Source: Boseongicola sp.
Lineage (GTDB): Bacteria > Pseudomonadota > Alphaproteobacteria > Rhodobacterales > Rhodobacteraceae
Assembly: GCA_028824715.1 (NCBI GenBank)
Contig: JAPPCV010000011.1
Coordinates: 60,066 to 124,065, forward strand
Direction of reading: 5' to 3'
DNA length: 64,000 bases
Shown: one piece after another, positions 17,700 to 26,293 of the stretch
Position numbering within the stretch: position 1 is the stretch's first letter
Layout of the letters: the number at the start of each line of letters is the position of its first letter
Translations under genes and position numbers: made by a program
The notes under the pieces: generated by a model
The model's database searches: none
Seen by the model: only the letters and a program-made list of their open reading frames with translations
Told to the model about the DNA's origin: nothing

Positions 17700-19706
17700 T
17701 CACATCCCGTTTCGCGGAATCGAGTGATCCCACTGCACATGGTGGAATTCCTCCTCGCCATCCCAGCAGGTCACGGAGGCGCGGAGGAGGAAGTCCGTTT
17801 TCGTGGCTGTCATTTCAGAGCTGGTCTTGATCCGGACATTCCAGTCATCGCGCACGAAGCTGCTTTCCTGGTCCATCTGCGCATGTGCCGAAAGAGGGTC
17901 TTCCGGATCGATCCGATAGACTCTATCCGAAACGTCGCCCATCTCGGTGCCGGTTTCGTCGAGGCGCAACCGCCCCACGGGGCCGAACACGCCGCCGTCG
18001 AGAAAGAAGCGGGCGGCATGCTCGCCGGTTGTCAGGTCGACGTGGAGCGACCTTTCCATTGAACCTTCCCTGACAGTAGTGATCGGGCGCTTCCTGTCCG
18101 AGGGCGTTGGCTCAGGAAAGACGCGAGGTTGATCTGCCACGGCACGGCGGACTGGAAGCGCCAGCGCCGAACGGCCGGGCGTGACGGTCAACGTGACCGG
18201 CTCCGGCGCAGGCCAGAGGATCGGCCAGTAACAGGTTCCCACGTGCACGACGAGCCGGTGACCTCTTGCCAGCCGGTAGCCGATGCCGTGCAACGGCACC
18301 GTGACCGTCATTTCCACATCCGGAACCACCGGTTCGGGAGCGGTGTCGGAAACGCGATGCGCGAGATTCGCGAATCCGCGCGTGATCAGTGTCTGTGCGC
18401 CGTCCGGCGATTCGTCGGCGAGCAGCGCGGCAACGAATCCCTGCTGCCGGTCCGCGGATGCGGTGAGGTTGAGCACGGCCTGGCCAAGTATGTCGATCGG
18501 GGCGTCAGTCGGTTCTGACCGGAAACTCAGCGCACCAGCCGCATCGACGCGGCAGTCAACGGGCATGTCCCCCGGGATCGCGAACGAGCACATGTCCCCG
18601 CCCGCCGAACCGAAGGTCTGCGGCGAACATACGTACATTGCGCCGCCGTATTCGGCGGCCGGCCCAAGCCGGCCCTCGTTCAGCCAAAGCGTCTCGATGC
18701 TCACGTTTGGCGAGGGCCAGGCGGCTTCCTCGACCCAGGCGCCGGCGCGCTCCTCGCGGGAGCCGGCGGGAGGTGCCGAGTCCTGAAGGTAGAACCGCAG
18801 GCGCGGTTCGTCCATCAGGCCGGTGTCGATGCCCTTGAGGCAGTGATCCCAGAAGCGGATGACCTCGCTCACGAAGTCCATGCGGGGTCTTGGCAGGCCC
18901 TCGTGGGGATAGAGATGCGCCCAAGGTCCCATGAGCACCTTGACCGGGCCCTTCAGGCGTTCGGCGATCCGGAACGGCGTGTCGCGGAAGAGATCGGCCC
19001 AGCCGCCGAAGAAATAGACCGGAATCTCGACATCCGCGTAATTCTCCGAGATCGAGCCCCGGCGCCACATGTCGTCGCGGGTCTGATGCTCCAGCCATTG
19101 AGCGGGCCAGAATGTCATCGCGTCCAGGCGCCCTTTCCACATGTCGCGCCAGCGATCCTCGCCGACGATCGCCGGATCCGGCGGCATCGCGTTGTAGAGC
19201 TGCATGATCGAGCCCCACCAGAAATTGTCGTTGGCAAGCACGCCTCCGTAGAAGTGGATATCCTCCAGCCAGCGATCATCGGTTCCCATGACGGGCGCGA
19301 TTGCCTTGAGTGCCGGAGGACGCTTCGAAGCGACCTGAAGGGACGTGTAGGCGCCCCAGGACTTGCCGAACATGCCGACGTTCCCGTCGCACCATGGCTG
19401 TTCGGCGATCCACGCGATCACGTCGACCCCGTCCGTCATCTCCTGTTCCGAGTACTCGTCCAGCATCACCCCTTCGCTGTCGCCTGAGCCTCGCATGTCG
19501 ACCCTGATCGCCGCGTAGCCGGCATCGGCGAAGTGCGGGTGCATGCTTTCGTCGCGCATCCGGGTCCGGTCCCGGCGTCGATAGGGAATGTATTCCAGGA
19601 TGCAGGGCACGGGCGAGCGCTTGGCCTCGTCCGGCAGCCAGAGCCTTGCAGCAAGGCGAATGCCGTCGGGCATGGGAATCCATACGGTCTCGATGATCTT
19701 GGTCAT
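17700..19706 (-). CDS. CocE/NonD-family serine hydrolase, paralogue 3
   Basis: 668 aa. Motifs are WIPMPDGIRLAARLWLP and GKSWGA. It has a 4-nt overlap with the upstream ATPase gene. Confidence 0.9.
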   Translation of the reverse strand: MTKIIETVWIPMPDGIRLAARLWLPDEAKRSPVPCILEYIPYRRRDRTRMRDESMHPHFADAGYAAIRVDMRGSGDSEGVMLDEYSEQEMTDGVDVIAWIAEQPWCDGNVGMFGKSWGAYTSLQVASKRPPALKAIAPVMGTDDRWLEDIHFYGGVLANDNFWWGSIMQLYNAMPPDPAIVGEDRWRDMWKGRLDAMTFWPAQWLEHQTRDDMWRRGSISENYADVEIPVYFFGGWADLFRDTPFRIAERLKGPVKVLMGPWAHLYPHEGLPRPRMDFVSEVIRFWDHCLKGIDTGLMDEPRLRFYLQDSAPPAGSREERAGAWVEEAAWPSPNVSIETLWLNEGRLGPAAEYGGAMYVCSPQTFGSAGGDMCSFAIPGDMPVDCRVDAAGALSFRSEPTDAPIDILGQAVLNLTASADRQQGFVAALLADESPDGAQTLITRGFANLAHRVSDTAPEPVVPDVEMTVTVPLHGIGYRLARGHRLVVHVGTCYWPILWPAPEPVTLTVTPGRSALALPVRRAVADQPRVFPEPTPSDRKRPITTVREGSMERSLHVDLTTGEHAARFFLDGGVFGPVGRLRLDETGTEMGDVSDRVYRIDPEDPLSAHAQMDQESSFVRDDWNVRIKTSSEMTATKTDFLLRASVTCWDGEEEFHHVQWDHSIPRNGM

Positions 19707-20692
19707 TGCGTCACCTCAAGTTCCGGAGGCCTTGCGCCAGGTTCAAGCGGCGTGTGGCACGCGACCCTCCTTGTCCTGCCTTGGACGAATTCCGGGGCTT
19801 CGGACTTGCAGCGCGCTGCGACCCACGGGCAACGGGAATGGAATTCGCATCCGGCAGGTCTTGCAAGAAGCGACGGAACTTCGGCAGGCAGGGCGATGCG
19901 ATCGCGCGCCTTGTCCGGGTCCGGCTCGGGATTGGCCGAGAGAAGAGCCGCCGTGTACGGATGGCGCGGTGCGCGGAAGACCTCATCGGTGTCGCCCACC
20001 TCGACGAAGCGCCCGAGATACATGACAGCCATCCGGTCTGCCACGTGATGCACCACATGCAGGTTGTGAGTGATGATGATCATTGCGAGGCCAAGGCGCT
20101 CGCGGAGATCGTTCAGGAGATTCAACACCTCGCCCTGCACCGACACGTCGAGTCCAGCGGTGGGTTCGTCCGCGATGATGAGAGCGGGGTTCAGTGCGAT
20201 CGCGCGCGCCACGCCGACCCGCCGTGCCTGGCCACCTGACAGCTGATGCGGATAGCGGTCTGCAAACTCCGGAGTGAGCCCGACCAGCGACAGGAGCCGA
20301 GGGACTTCAACGCTTGGGTTCTTGTCGACGATTTCGTGAATGCGGAACGGTTCAGCTATCAGGTTGCCGACCTTCATGCGTGGGCTGAGCGAGCCGACGG
20401 GATCCTGGAACATCATCGACATGCGCCGCCGCAAGGGTTTCATCGCTCGTCCACCGAGCGTGTCGATGCGTTCTTCGCCGAACCGGATCGATCCGGCGGA
20501 AATGCCCTGAAGCCCGTTGATCGCGCGCGCCAGAGTGGTCTTTCCAGATCCGCTTTCGCCCACGATCGCGAATGTTTCGCCTGCATGGAGATCGAAACTC
20601 ACGCCCGCCACTCCCAGGATCGAGCGTCGGCGCATCAAGGGGCCGACTTCGAACGTCACTTCGACGTCGCGGACTTCGAGAATCCCGCTCAT
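19703..20692 (-). CDS. ABC transporter ATP-binding protein (DppF/OppF-like)
   Basis: Start at MSGILEVRDV (20692), overlapping the upstream stop (ATGA). Motifs are Walker A GESGSGKTT, signature LSGGQ and a C-terminal oligopeptide-type extension. Confidence 0.9.
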   Translation of the reverse strand: MSGILEVRDVEVTFEVGPLMRRRSILGVAGVSFDLHAGETFAIVGESGSGKTTLARAINGLQGISAGSIRFGEERIDTLGGRAMKPLRRRMSMMFQDPVGSLSPRMKVGNLIAEPFRIHEIVDKNPSVEVPRLLSLVGLTPEFADRYPHQLSGGQARRVGVARAIALNPALIIADEPTAGLDVSVQGEVLNLLNDLRERLGLAMIIITHNLHVVHHVADRMAVMYLGRFVEVGDTDEVFRAPRHPYTAALLSANPEPDPDKARDRIALPAEVPSLLARPAGCEFHSRCPWVAARCKSEAPEFVQGRTRRVACHTPLEPGARPPELEVTQ

Positions 20693-21651
20693 CTCGCCTC
20701 CGCCAAAATGCACCGGGCCACATGTCCTGTCTCGACAGCAACATCGGGCGGGACCTTGTCGCAGGCATCGACACGTTGATCGCAGCGGGTTGCAAAGACG
20801 CAGCCGGGCGGCCTTTGCCTGAGATCCGGGATTTCGCCAGGAATGGTTGGCAGGTGCCGCGTGCGCCCGGATTGCCGTGCCGGATCGCACTCAAGCAGGC
20901 GTCTGGCATATGGATGGCGCGGCGAGTGAAACACCTGCCGCGTGGATCCGCGCTCCACGACTTCGCCTGCGTACATCACGACGACATCGTCACAGAGTTC
21001 GGCGATGACGCCGAGATGATGCGATATGAAGAGGACCGAACATGCGATGTCCTGCTGTAGCTCCCGAAGGAGCTCGATGGTGGCCACTTCGAGCGTGGCA
21101 TCCAGCGCGGTCGTCGGTTCGTCCGCGATCAGGAGCGCGGGCTTCATCATCAGTGCCATGGCGATCGCGACCCGCTGCCGCATCCCGCCTGAGAACTCAT
21201 GTGGATACCGCGTGAGCGCGGCCTGCGCGTCGGGGATCCGTACCTGGCGCAACATTGCCTCCGACCGCGCGTCCTTCTCGCTGCGCGAACGGCCGGACCG
21301 ATATTGAATGTTCCGCATCTGGCGGCCGACCGAGAGAACCGGGTTCAGGGCTCCCATCGGATCCTGGAAGACCGTCGAAATGCGCTGGCCCCGGAGTTCC
21401 TGCATTCTGGCGGGACCGAGCCTCGTGAGGTCTTCGCCCTCGAACGTGATGCTGCCGGCGTCGACACTTCCGTTGTCTGCCAGAAGCCCAAGGATCGCGT
21501 TTATCAACGTGGACTTGCCGCAACCCGATTCCCCAACGACGCCGACAATGCGCCTCTCGGGAACTTCGAAGGAAACGTTTTTCAGGGCGTGCAGCTGGCC
21601 GCCTTCGGTCGAGAACGTGACGTTCAGGTCCTTGATCGCGAGGACAGTCAT
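20689..21651 (-). CDS. ABC transporter ATP-binding protein (DppD/OppD-like)
   Basis: Motifs are Walker A GESGCGKST, signature FSGGMRQR and Walker B LLIADEPT. Confidence 0.9.
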   Translation of the reverse strand: MTVLAIKDLNVTFSTEGGQLHALKNVSFEVPERRIVGVVGESGCGKSTLINAILGLLADNGSVDAGSITFEGEDLTRLGPARMQELRGQRISTVFQDPMGALNPVLSVGRQMRNIQYRSGRSRSEKDARSEAMLRQVRIPDAQAALTRYPHEFSGGMRQRVAIAMALMMKPALLIADEPTTALDATLEVATIELLRELQQDIACSVLFISHHLGVIAELCDDVVVMYAGEVVERGSTRQVFHSPRHPYARRLLECDPARQSGRTRHLPTIPGEIPDLRQRPPGCVFATRCDQRVDACDKVPPDVAVETGHVARCILAEAR

Positions 21652-22472
21652 ACGCGCCTCTTGAGGCGAGGATCGAAGAGATCACGCATCGTTTCTCCAA
21701 GGAACGTGAACCCGAGCGTGGTCAGGATGATTGGCAGTCCTCCCGCAACAGCGATCCATGGAGTGTCGCGGATTGCCGTGAAGCCGTCATTCAGGATGGA
21801 GCCCCAGGATGGCGTGGGCGGGCGGACGCCCAGTCCGAGAAAGCTCATTCCCGCTTCGATGGCGATCACGACGGGGATGTCCATGGACGCAAGGATCAGG
21901 AGGGGGCTGATCACGTTGGGCATGATGTGATGGCGCAGGATGCGCACGGTGCCTGCCCCCATGCTCTGTGCGGCCGTGACGAATTCCGACCCCTTCAGCG
22001 CAAGTGTCTGGGTGCGGATTATTCGGGCATAGCCGGGCACGTTCACCAGGACGACCACGATCACGACCGCGGTAAGGGACGGGCCGAACAGCGTGACCAG
22101 GGCAAGCGCCAGCATGACCGTGGGGAAGCTCTTGATCGAGTCGAAGAGCAGGAGCATCACGGCGTCCAGCCAGCGCGGGCCATAGCCTGCGACGAGTCCC
22201 AGAACGACCCCGATCGCCAACGATGTGGCCGTCGCGAAGAGCGCGACGGAAAGGGCGATTCGCCCGCCGTGAAGCACGCGGGAAAACAGGTCCCGTCCCA
22301 GGTGATCGGTGCCGAGCAGGTGATCGAGGGATGGCGCCTGGAACCGGTCGCGCGGAGAGATTCGCGAGGGATCGTATGAGGTGAGAAGGTCGGCGAACAC
22401 TGCCCCGCCCACCATCAGGAGGACCAGCGCAATGCCGAATGCGCCGAGGGGCTCCCTCAACACGCGCATCAT
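21648..22472 (-). CDS. ABC transporter permease (DppC/OppC-like)
   Basis: Multi-span membrane protein with the family-5 permease pattern. The start is uncertain: MMRVLREPLG at 22472, or the upstream in-frame start at 22520. Confidence 0.85.
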   Translation of the reverse strand: MMRVLREPLGAFGIALVLLMVGGAVFADLLTSYDPSRISPRDRFQAPSLDHLLGTDHLGRDLFSRVLHGGRIALSVALFATATSLAIGVVLGLVAGYGPRWLDAVMLLLFDSIKSFPTVMLALALVTLFGPSLTAVVIVVVLVNVPGYARIIRTQTLALKGSEFVTAAQSMGAGTVRILRHHIMPNVISPLLILASMDIPVVIAIEAGMSFLGLGVRPPTPSWGSILNDGFTAIRDTPWIAVAGGLPIILTTLGFTFLGETMRDLFDPRLKRRV

Positions 22473-22500
22473 CGTGCGCGTCCGCTCGTTCCCGCGGAGA

Positions 22501-23445
22501 TCAGAGACGGCTGCGAACACGGGGATCCAGGGCTCCTACGATCAGGTCGGCCACGAGATTGAGAAGGACGAAGAGGATTGTGGTGACCAGCACGGCGCCG
22601 GTCACGAGCGGGTAGTTGCGGGTGAGGATCGCGTCATAGACGAGCTTGCCCACGCCGGGACGGGCAAAGACGATCTCCGCAAAGACCGCGGACGACAGCA
22701 TCTGCCCGATTCCGACTCCCAGCAGCGTCACGGTTGGCAGGATGGCGATGGTCAATGCGTAGCGGTACGTGATCATGCGCTCCGGCAGGCCGAATGCACG
22801 CGCGGTCCTGATGTGCTGCGATTCCAGAACCTCGAGCATCGAGGCCCGTACCATGCGTGCGATGTAGCCAACCCAGCCAAGTCCCACCGCCAGGGACGGA
22901 AGGATCAGGTGAACGAGCTGGTCCCCGATGTCGCCAGGCTCGCCGGCGCCGATGGCAGGAAGCCAACGCAGGGCGACCGCAAAGATCAGAAGGGCGTAGA
23001 TGGCCACGACGAAGGATGGTACCGCGATGACCGCCACCGACAGGACACCCACTATTCGGTCAGCCATCGTTCCGCGCTCGACCGCCGCCCAGCAGCCGAG
23101 TGGAATGCCGAGCGCTACCGACCAGCTGATTCCGCCAAAAATGAGTGCGAGCGTGTACGGAAGCTGTTCCATGACCACTGTTGCGACCGGGCGGTCTGAC
23201 AGCACGTCGCGTCCGAGATCGCCCTGCCATGCCGCGGAAAAGAAGTTCCAGAACTGGACCCAGACGGGCTTGTCGAGCCCCATCTTGATCCGAAGCCCTT
23301 CCCGCATGGCGTCTGTTGCGCGCGGACCGAGGGCCACGGCAGCTGGATCGCCGGGAACGAGATAGATCATGCAGAACAGGAGGAGCATCGCCACCGAGAC
23401 GATGACCACGGCAAGACCAAGGCGTTTGGCTGAGTATCGCAACAT
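22501..23445 (-). CDS. ABC transporter permease (DppB/OppB-like)
   Basis: 314 aa. MLRYSAKRLGLAVVIVSVAMLLLF is the typical N-terminus. It is the first gene of the operon. Confidence 0.9.
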   Translation of the reverse strand: MLRYSAKRLGLAVVIVSVAMLLLFCMIYLVPGDPAAVALGPRATDAMREGLRIKMGLDKPVWVQFWNFFSAAWQGDLGRDVLSDRPVATVVMEQLPYTLALIFGGISWSVALGIPLGCWAAVERGTMADRIVGVLSVAVIAVPSFVVAIYALLIFAVALRWLPAIGAGEPGDIGDQLVHLILPSLAVGLGWVGYIARMVRASMLEVLESQHIRTARAFGLPERMITYRYALTIAILPTVTLLGVGIGQMLSSAVFAEIVFARPGVGKLVYDAILTRNYPLVTGAVLVTTILFVLLNLVADLIVGALDPRVRSRL

Positions 23446-23984
23446 GGGACAGGGTGCTCGGGCGGGGCCTATGCCGCGTCAGGCAGGCGTGAACCGGAAA
23501 GGGATGGATTGACCATCCTGTACCAGGTTCCGTCTGGGCCCTTCATGGAAACTCACCTTGGACTCCTTCTCAAGTGCTTCAAGTGTCGCGCAACGTTTCG
23601 GGCGGAGCGTTCGCTCACTCAAGCGATTCGTCGGCACGCCGGCAGCATGTGCACGTGGATAGTGACACAGAAATTGCGGTTGAGAAGGGAAGCCCACGCA
23701 AAACCCTGCGGCTTGAGCGGATTTCCTCCGCTCATCGGGTGAATTTGCGGCCGAATTCCCGGGAAACGGGGCCTGCCCGGCATGACGGGCCTGCACAGGC
23801 AACAGCCAGGAGTTCGTTCCCTGTCCCGGTTCCCGAACGTGCCTCGATTTGCGGGAACCCACCTACGTCCGAATTGCGGCGAATTTCCGCACCGACCCTG
23901 AACTCCCGGTTGCAGCCGGCATCTGTTGGCGCGACCGTTGCGGGTTGCGGACGGAGGGCCCGGTTGCGGCGTGAGCGGCAAGAG

Positions 23985-24782
23985 CTAGACTGGCTTTCCC
24001 TGACGAACTCCCCTGGACATCATTCTGCGCTTTTCGGCCATGGTTTCGCGTCGCTGCTGTTCGATGCCCAATCTGAAAGATCGCTCGACGAAGTCGATGT
24101 GATCGAGAGCCGCCTTTTCGGCCCGGGTCTCGTCGCCCTCGATGACCGCCTTGCCCAGCTCCAGGTGCTGCTCCAGGAGTCTCTGGCCCGACCCGTCGAT
24201 CGTTTTCAGGAAATCGCGGTTGTAGAACACGCCCTGCCGCGTGAGTTCGTAGATCGACGCCATCATGTGAATCAACGTCGCGTTCTGGCTGGCGTCGACG
24301 ATCGCCGCGTGCAAGGCGAAATCAGCCTCGCGGGCGGCTTCGGCATCCTGCTCGCTCCATGCCCTCTCTGTCTCGGCAAGGATTTCCCCGATTCTCTCCT
24401 TGTCGGCCCGTGTCGCGCGGCGTGCCGCCAGCCGGGCGGCAAACCCCTCCTGCTCGCGCCGATATTCAAGGTAGTCGAAGAACGTATGTTCGTTGCGCCC
24501 GTAGAGCGCCAGAAGGGCTGGCAGCATGGCCTGACCGGTCAGCGGCGAGACGAACGTGCCCTCGCCATGCCGGGTGGAGACAAGCCCGCGTTCCTCAAGG
24601 ACCTGCAATGCCTCGCGCAGTTTCGGGCGGGACACGTTCAGCATGTCGGCGAGGTCGCGCTCCGACGGCAGCCTGCGCCCCTGCTTCAGGATGCCCGAGG
24701 CTATCAGGTCCTCGATCTGCGTAACGACGGCATCTGCCAGCGAGTCATGCCCGACAGGTTCGAAGATTGCCGTGGATGCCAT
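23985..24782 (-). CDS. GntR-family regulator, FadR subfamily (LldR/PdhR-like)
   Basis: Has the wHTH motif LPSERDLADMLNVSRPKLREALQVLEERGLV followed by an FCD domain. The ATG at 24782 is preceded by GAGGTG. Confidence 0.85.
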   Translation of the reverse strand: MASTAIFEPVGHDSLADAVVTQIEDLIASGILKQGRRLPSERDLADMLNVSRPKLREALQVLEERGLVSTRHGEGTFVSPLTGQAMLPALLALYGRNEHTFFDYLEYRREQEGFAARLAARRATRADKERIGEILAETERAWSEQDAEAAREADFALHAAIVDASQNATLIHMMASIYELTRQGVFYNRDFLKTIDGSGQRLLEQHLELGKAVIEGDETRAEKAALDHIDFVERSFRLGIEQQRRETMAEKRRMMSRGVRQGKPV

Positions 24783-24996
24783 TGCAAGCTCACCTCGCTG
24801 ACTGGATGTCACGAACTATCTGGTTCAGGAAAATAACCACCTGTCCAGAAATTTCAAGCTGTTCTAGTCGTTGTCGGTATGTCGCTCAATATACTGTTAA
24901 TAAAGGACTTTTTATACGAAGATCACGACGGGCTGCTATCCGCCCGGTGTGGCGACGGCACGTGTCCGGCTAACTCTCCAGCCAGATTCGACGCTA

Positions 24997-25048
24997 AGTG
25001 GTAAAGAAAGTTGTTGACTTATGTTAGTTGTAAAGAATATTTACCACT
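24997..25048 (+). promoter_or_regulatory. Putative sigma-70 promoter of the TRAP operon bracketed by a 9-bp inverted repeat (candidate GntR operator)
   Basis: AGTGGTAAA (24997-25005) and TTTACCACT (25040-25048) flank TTGACT (25014-25019) and an AT-rich -10 candidate at about 25037-25043. Confidence 0.4.
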
Positions 25049-25119
25049 AGTAAGGCGTCGGGAAATCCTGCGCCCTGTGAACGGAACGCACGTTCCTAAC
25101 CTTTCTGGAGGAGACTTCC

Positions 25120-26169
25120 ATGAAAACGACCCTGACAAGCCTCGCCCTGGCTGCCAGCCTGATCGCTGCGCCGGCGGTTGCGGCCGACAAGCTTCTGTTG
25201 AAGACCCCAATCGCGTTCTCGACCGCGCTGCCAGGACTCGGCTCTCCGATTCCACGCGTTGCCGAACAGCTCGACCTGATGTCGGGCGGCACGTTGAAGA
25301 TGAAAGTGTACGAACCGGGCGAACTGGTTCCGCCGTTCGAGATCCTGGACGCCGTGTCGACCGGCAAGATCAACTCGGGCTACACGACCGCCGGCTACTG
25401 GGCGGGCAAGATCCCGGCCGCGCCGCTCTTTTCCGCCGTTCCGTTCGGTCCGGAGGCGGGCGAATACATGGCCTGGATCTACTACGGAAACGGCCTGTCA
25501 CTGTACCAGGAGATGTACGACCAGGCGGGCTACAACATCCATGTCATCCCGTGCGCCATCATCGCGCCAGAAACCTCGGGCTGGTTCGCCAACGAGATCG
25601 ATTCGCCGGCCGACCTGGAGGGTCTGAAGATGCGATTCTTCGGCCTTGGCGGCAAGGTCATGCAGAAGCTCGGCGTTGCGACCTCGCTGCTGCCCGGCGG
25701 CGAGATCTTCCCGGCCCTGGAAAAGGGCGCCATCGACGCGACCGAGTTCTCGATGCCCGCCATCGACGCGCGCCTTGGTTTCCACAAGCTGGTGAAGTTC
25801 AACTACTTCCCGGGCTGGCACCAGCAGGCAACCCTGTTTGAGCTGATCATCAACAAGGACGTCTGGGCCGAAGTCAACGAAACGCACAAGGCGATCATCG
25901 AGAACGCCTGCAAGGCATCGATGACCGACAGCTTCGCCGAGGGCGAGGCGATCCAGCATGCGGTGCTGATCGACAATGTCGAGAACAACGGCGTGACCAT
26001 CATGCAGTGGTCACAGGAAATGCTCGACACCTACCGGTCCACCTGGGAGGCAGTCGCTGCCGAAGAGGCCGCCAACGACGAGTTCTTCGCCAAGGTTCTC
26101 GCGGACATGAACGAGTTCCGCGACGGCTACCAGCTCTGGAAGCAAAACGCCTTCCTGCCGCGGAAGTAG
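25120..26169 (+). CDS. TRAP transporter substrate-binding protein (DctP family)
   Basis: 349 aa with signal peptide MKTTLTSLALAASLIAAPAVAA. It lies next to a fused TRAP permease. Confidence 0.85.
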   Translation: MKTTLTSLALAASLIAAPAVAADKLLLKTPIAFSTALPGLGSPIPRVAEQLDLMSGGTLKMKVYEPGELVPPFEILDAVSTGKINSGYTTAGYWAGKIPAAPLFSAVPFGPEAGEYMAWIYYGNGLSLYQEMYDQAGYNIHVIPCAIIAPETSGWFANEIDSPADLEGLKMRFFGLGGKVMQKLGVATSLLPGGEIFPALEKGAIDATEFSMPAIDARLGFHKLVKFNYFPGWHQQATLFELIINKDVWAEVNETHKAIIENACKASMTDSFAEGEAIQHAVLIDNVENNGVTIMQWSQEMLDTYRSTWEAVAAEEAANDEFFAKVLADMNEFRDGYQLWKQNAFLPRK

Positions 26170-26181
26170 CAACCTCGGGTT

Positions 26182-26208
26182 CCGGGGCGACAGGTCTCGC
26201 CGCCCCGG
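26182..26208 (+). terminator. Intercistronic hairpin after the TRAP SBP gene
   Basis: CCGGGGCG-(11 nt)-CGCCCCGG. Confidence 0.35.
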
Positions 26209-26293
26209 ATCGCCAATTCACGCAAGCTTCGGTAACGTGTGAGCACCCGTCGGCGCTTGTGCCTTCCGGACGGGATCGAGAGAGGATACGGAC

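Noticed and set aside
23672-23969. Could the TTGCGG repeat field be a CRISPR array?
   Set aside because: The repeats are only 6-8 nt and the spacing is irregular (7 to about 100 nt). There are no cas genes, so this is not a CRISPR architecture.
23574-24836. 420-aa plus-strand ORF
   Set aside because: It lies antisense to the GntR/FadR regulator and runs through the non-coding leader. It has no protein-like features.
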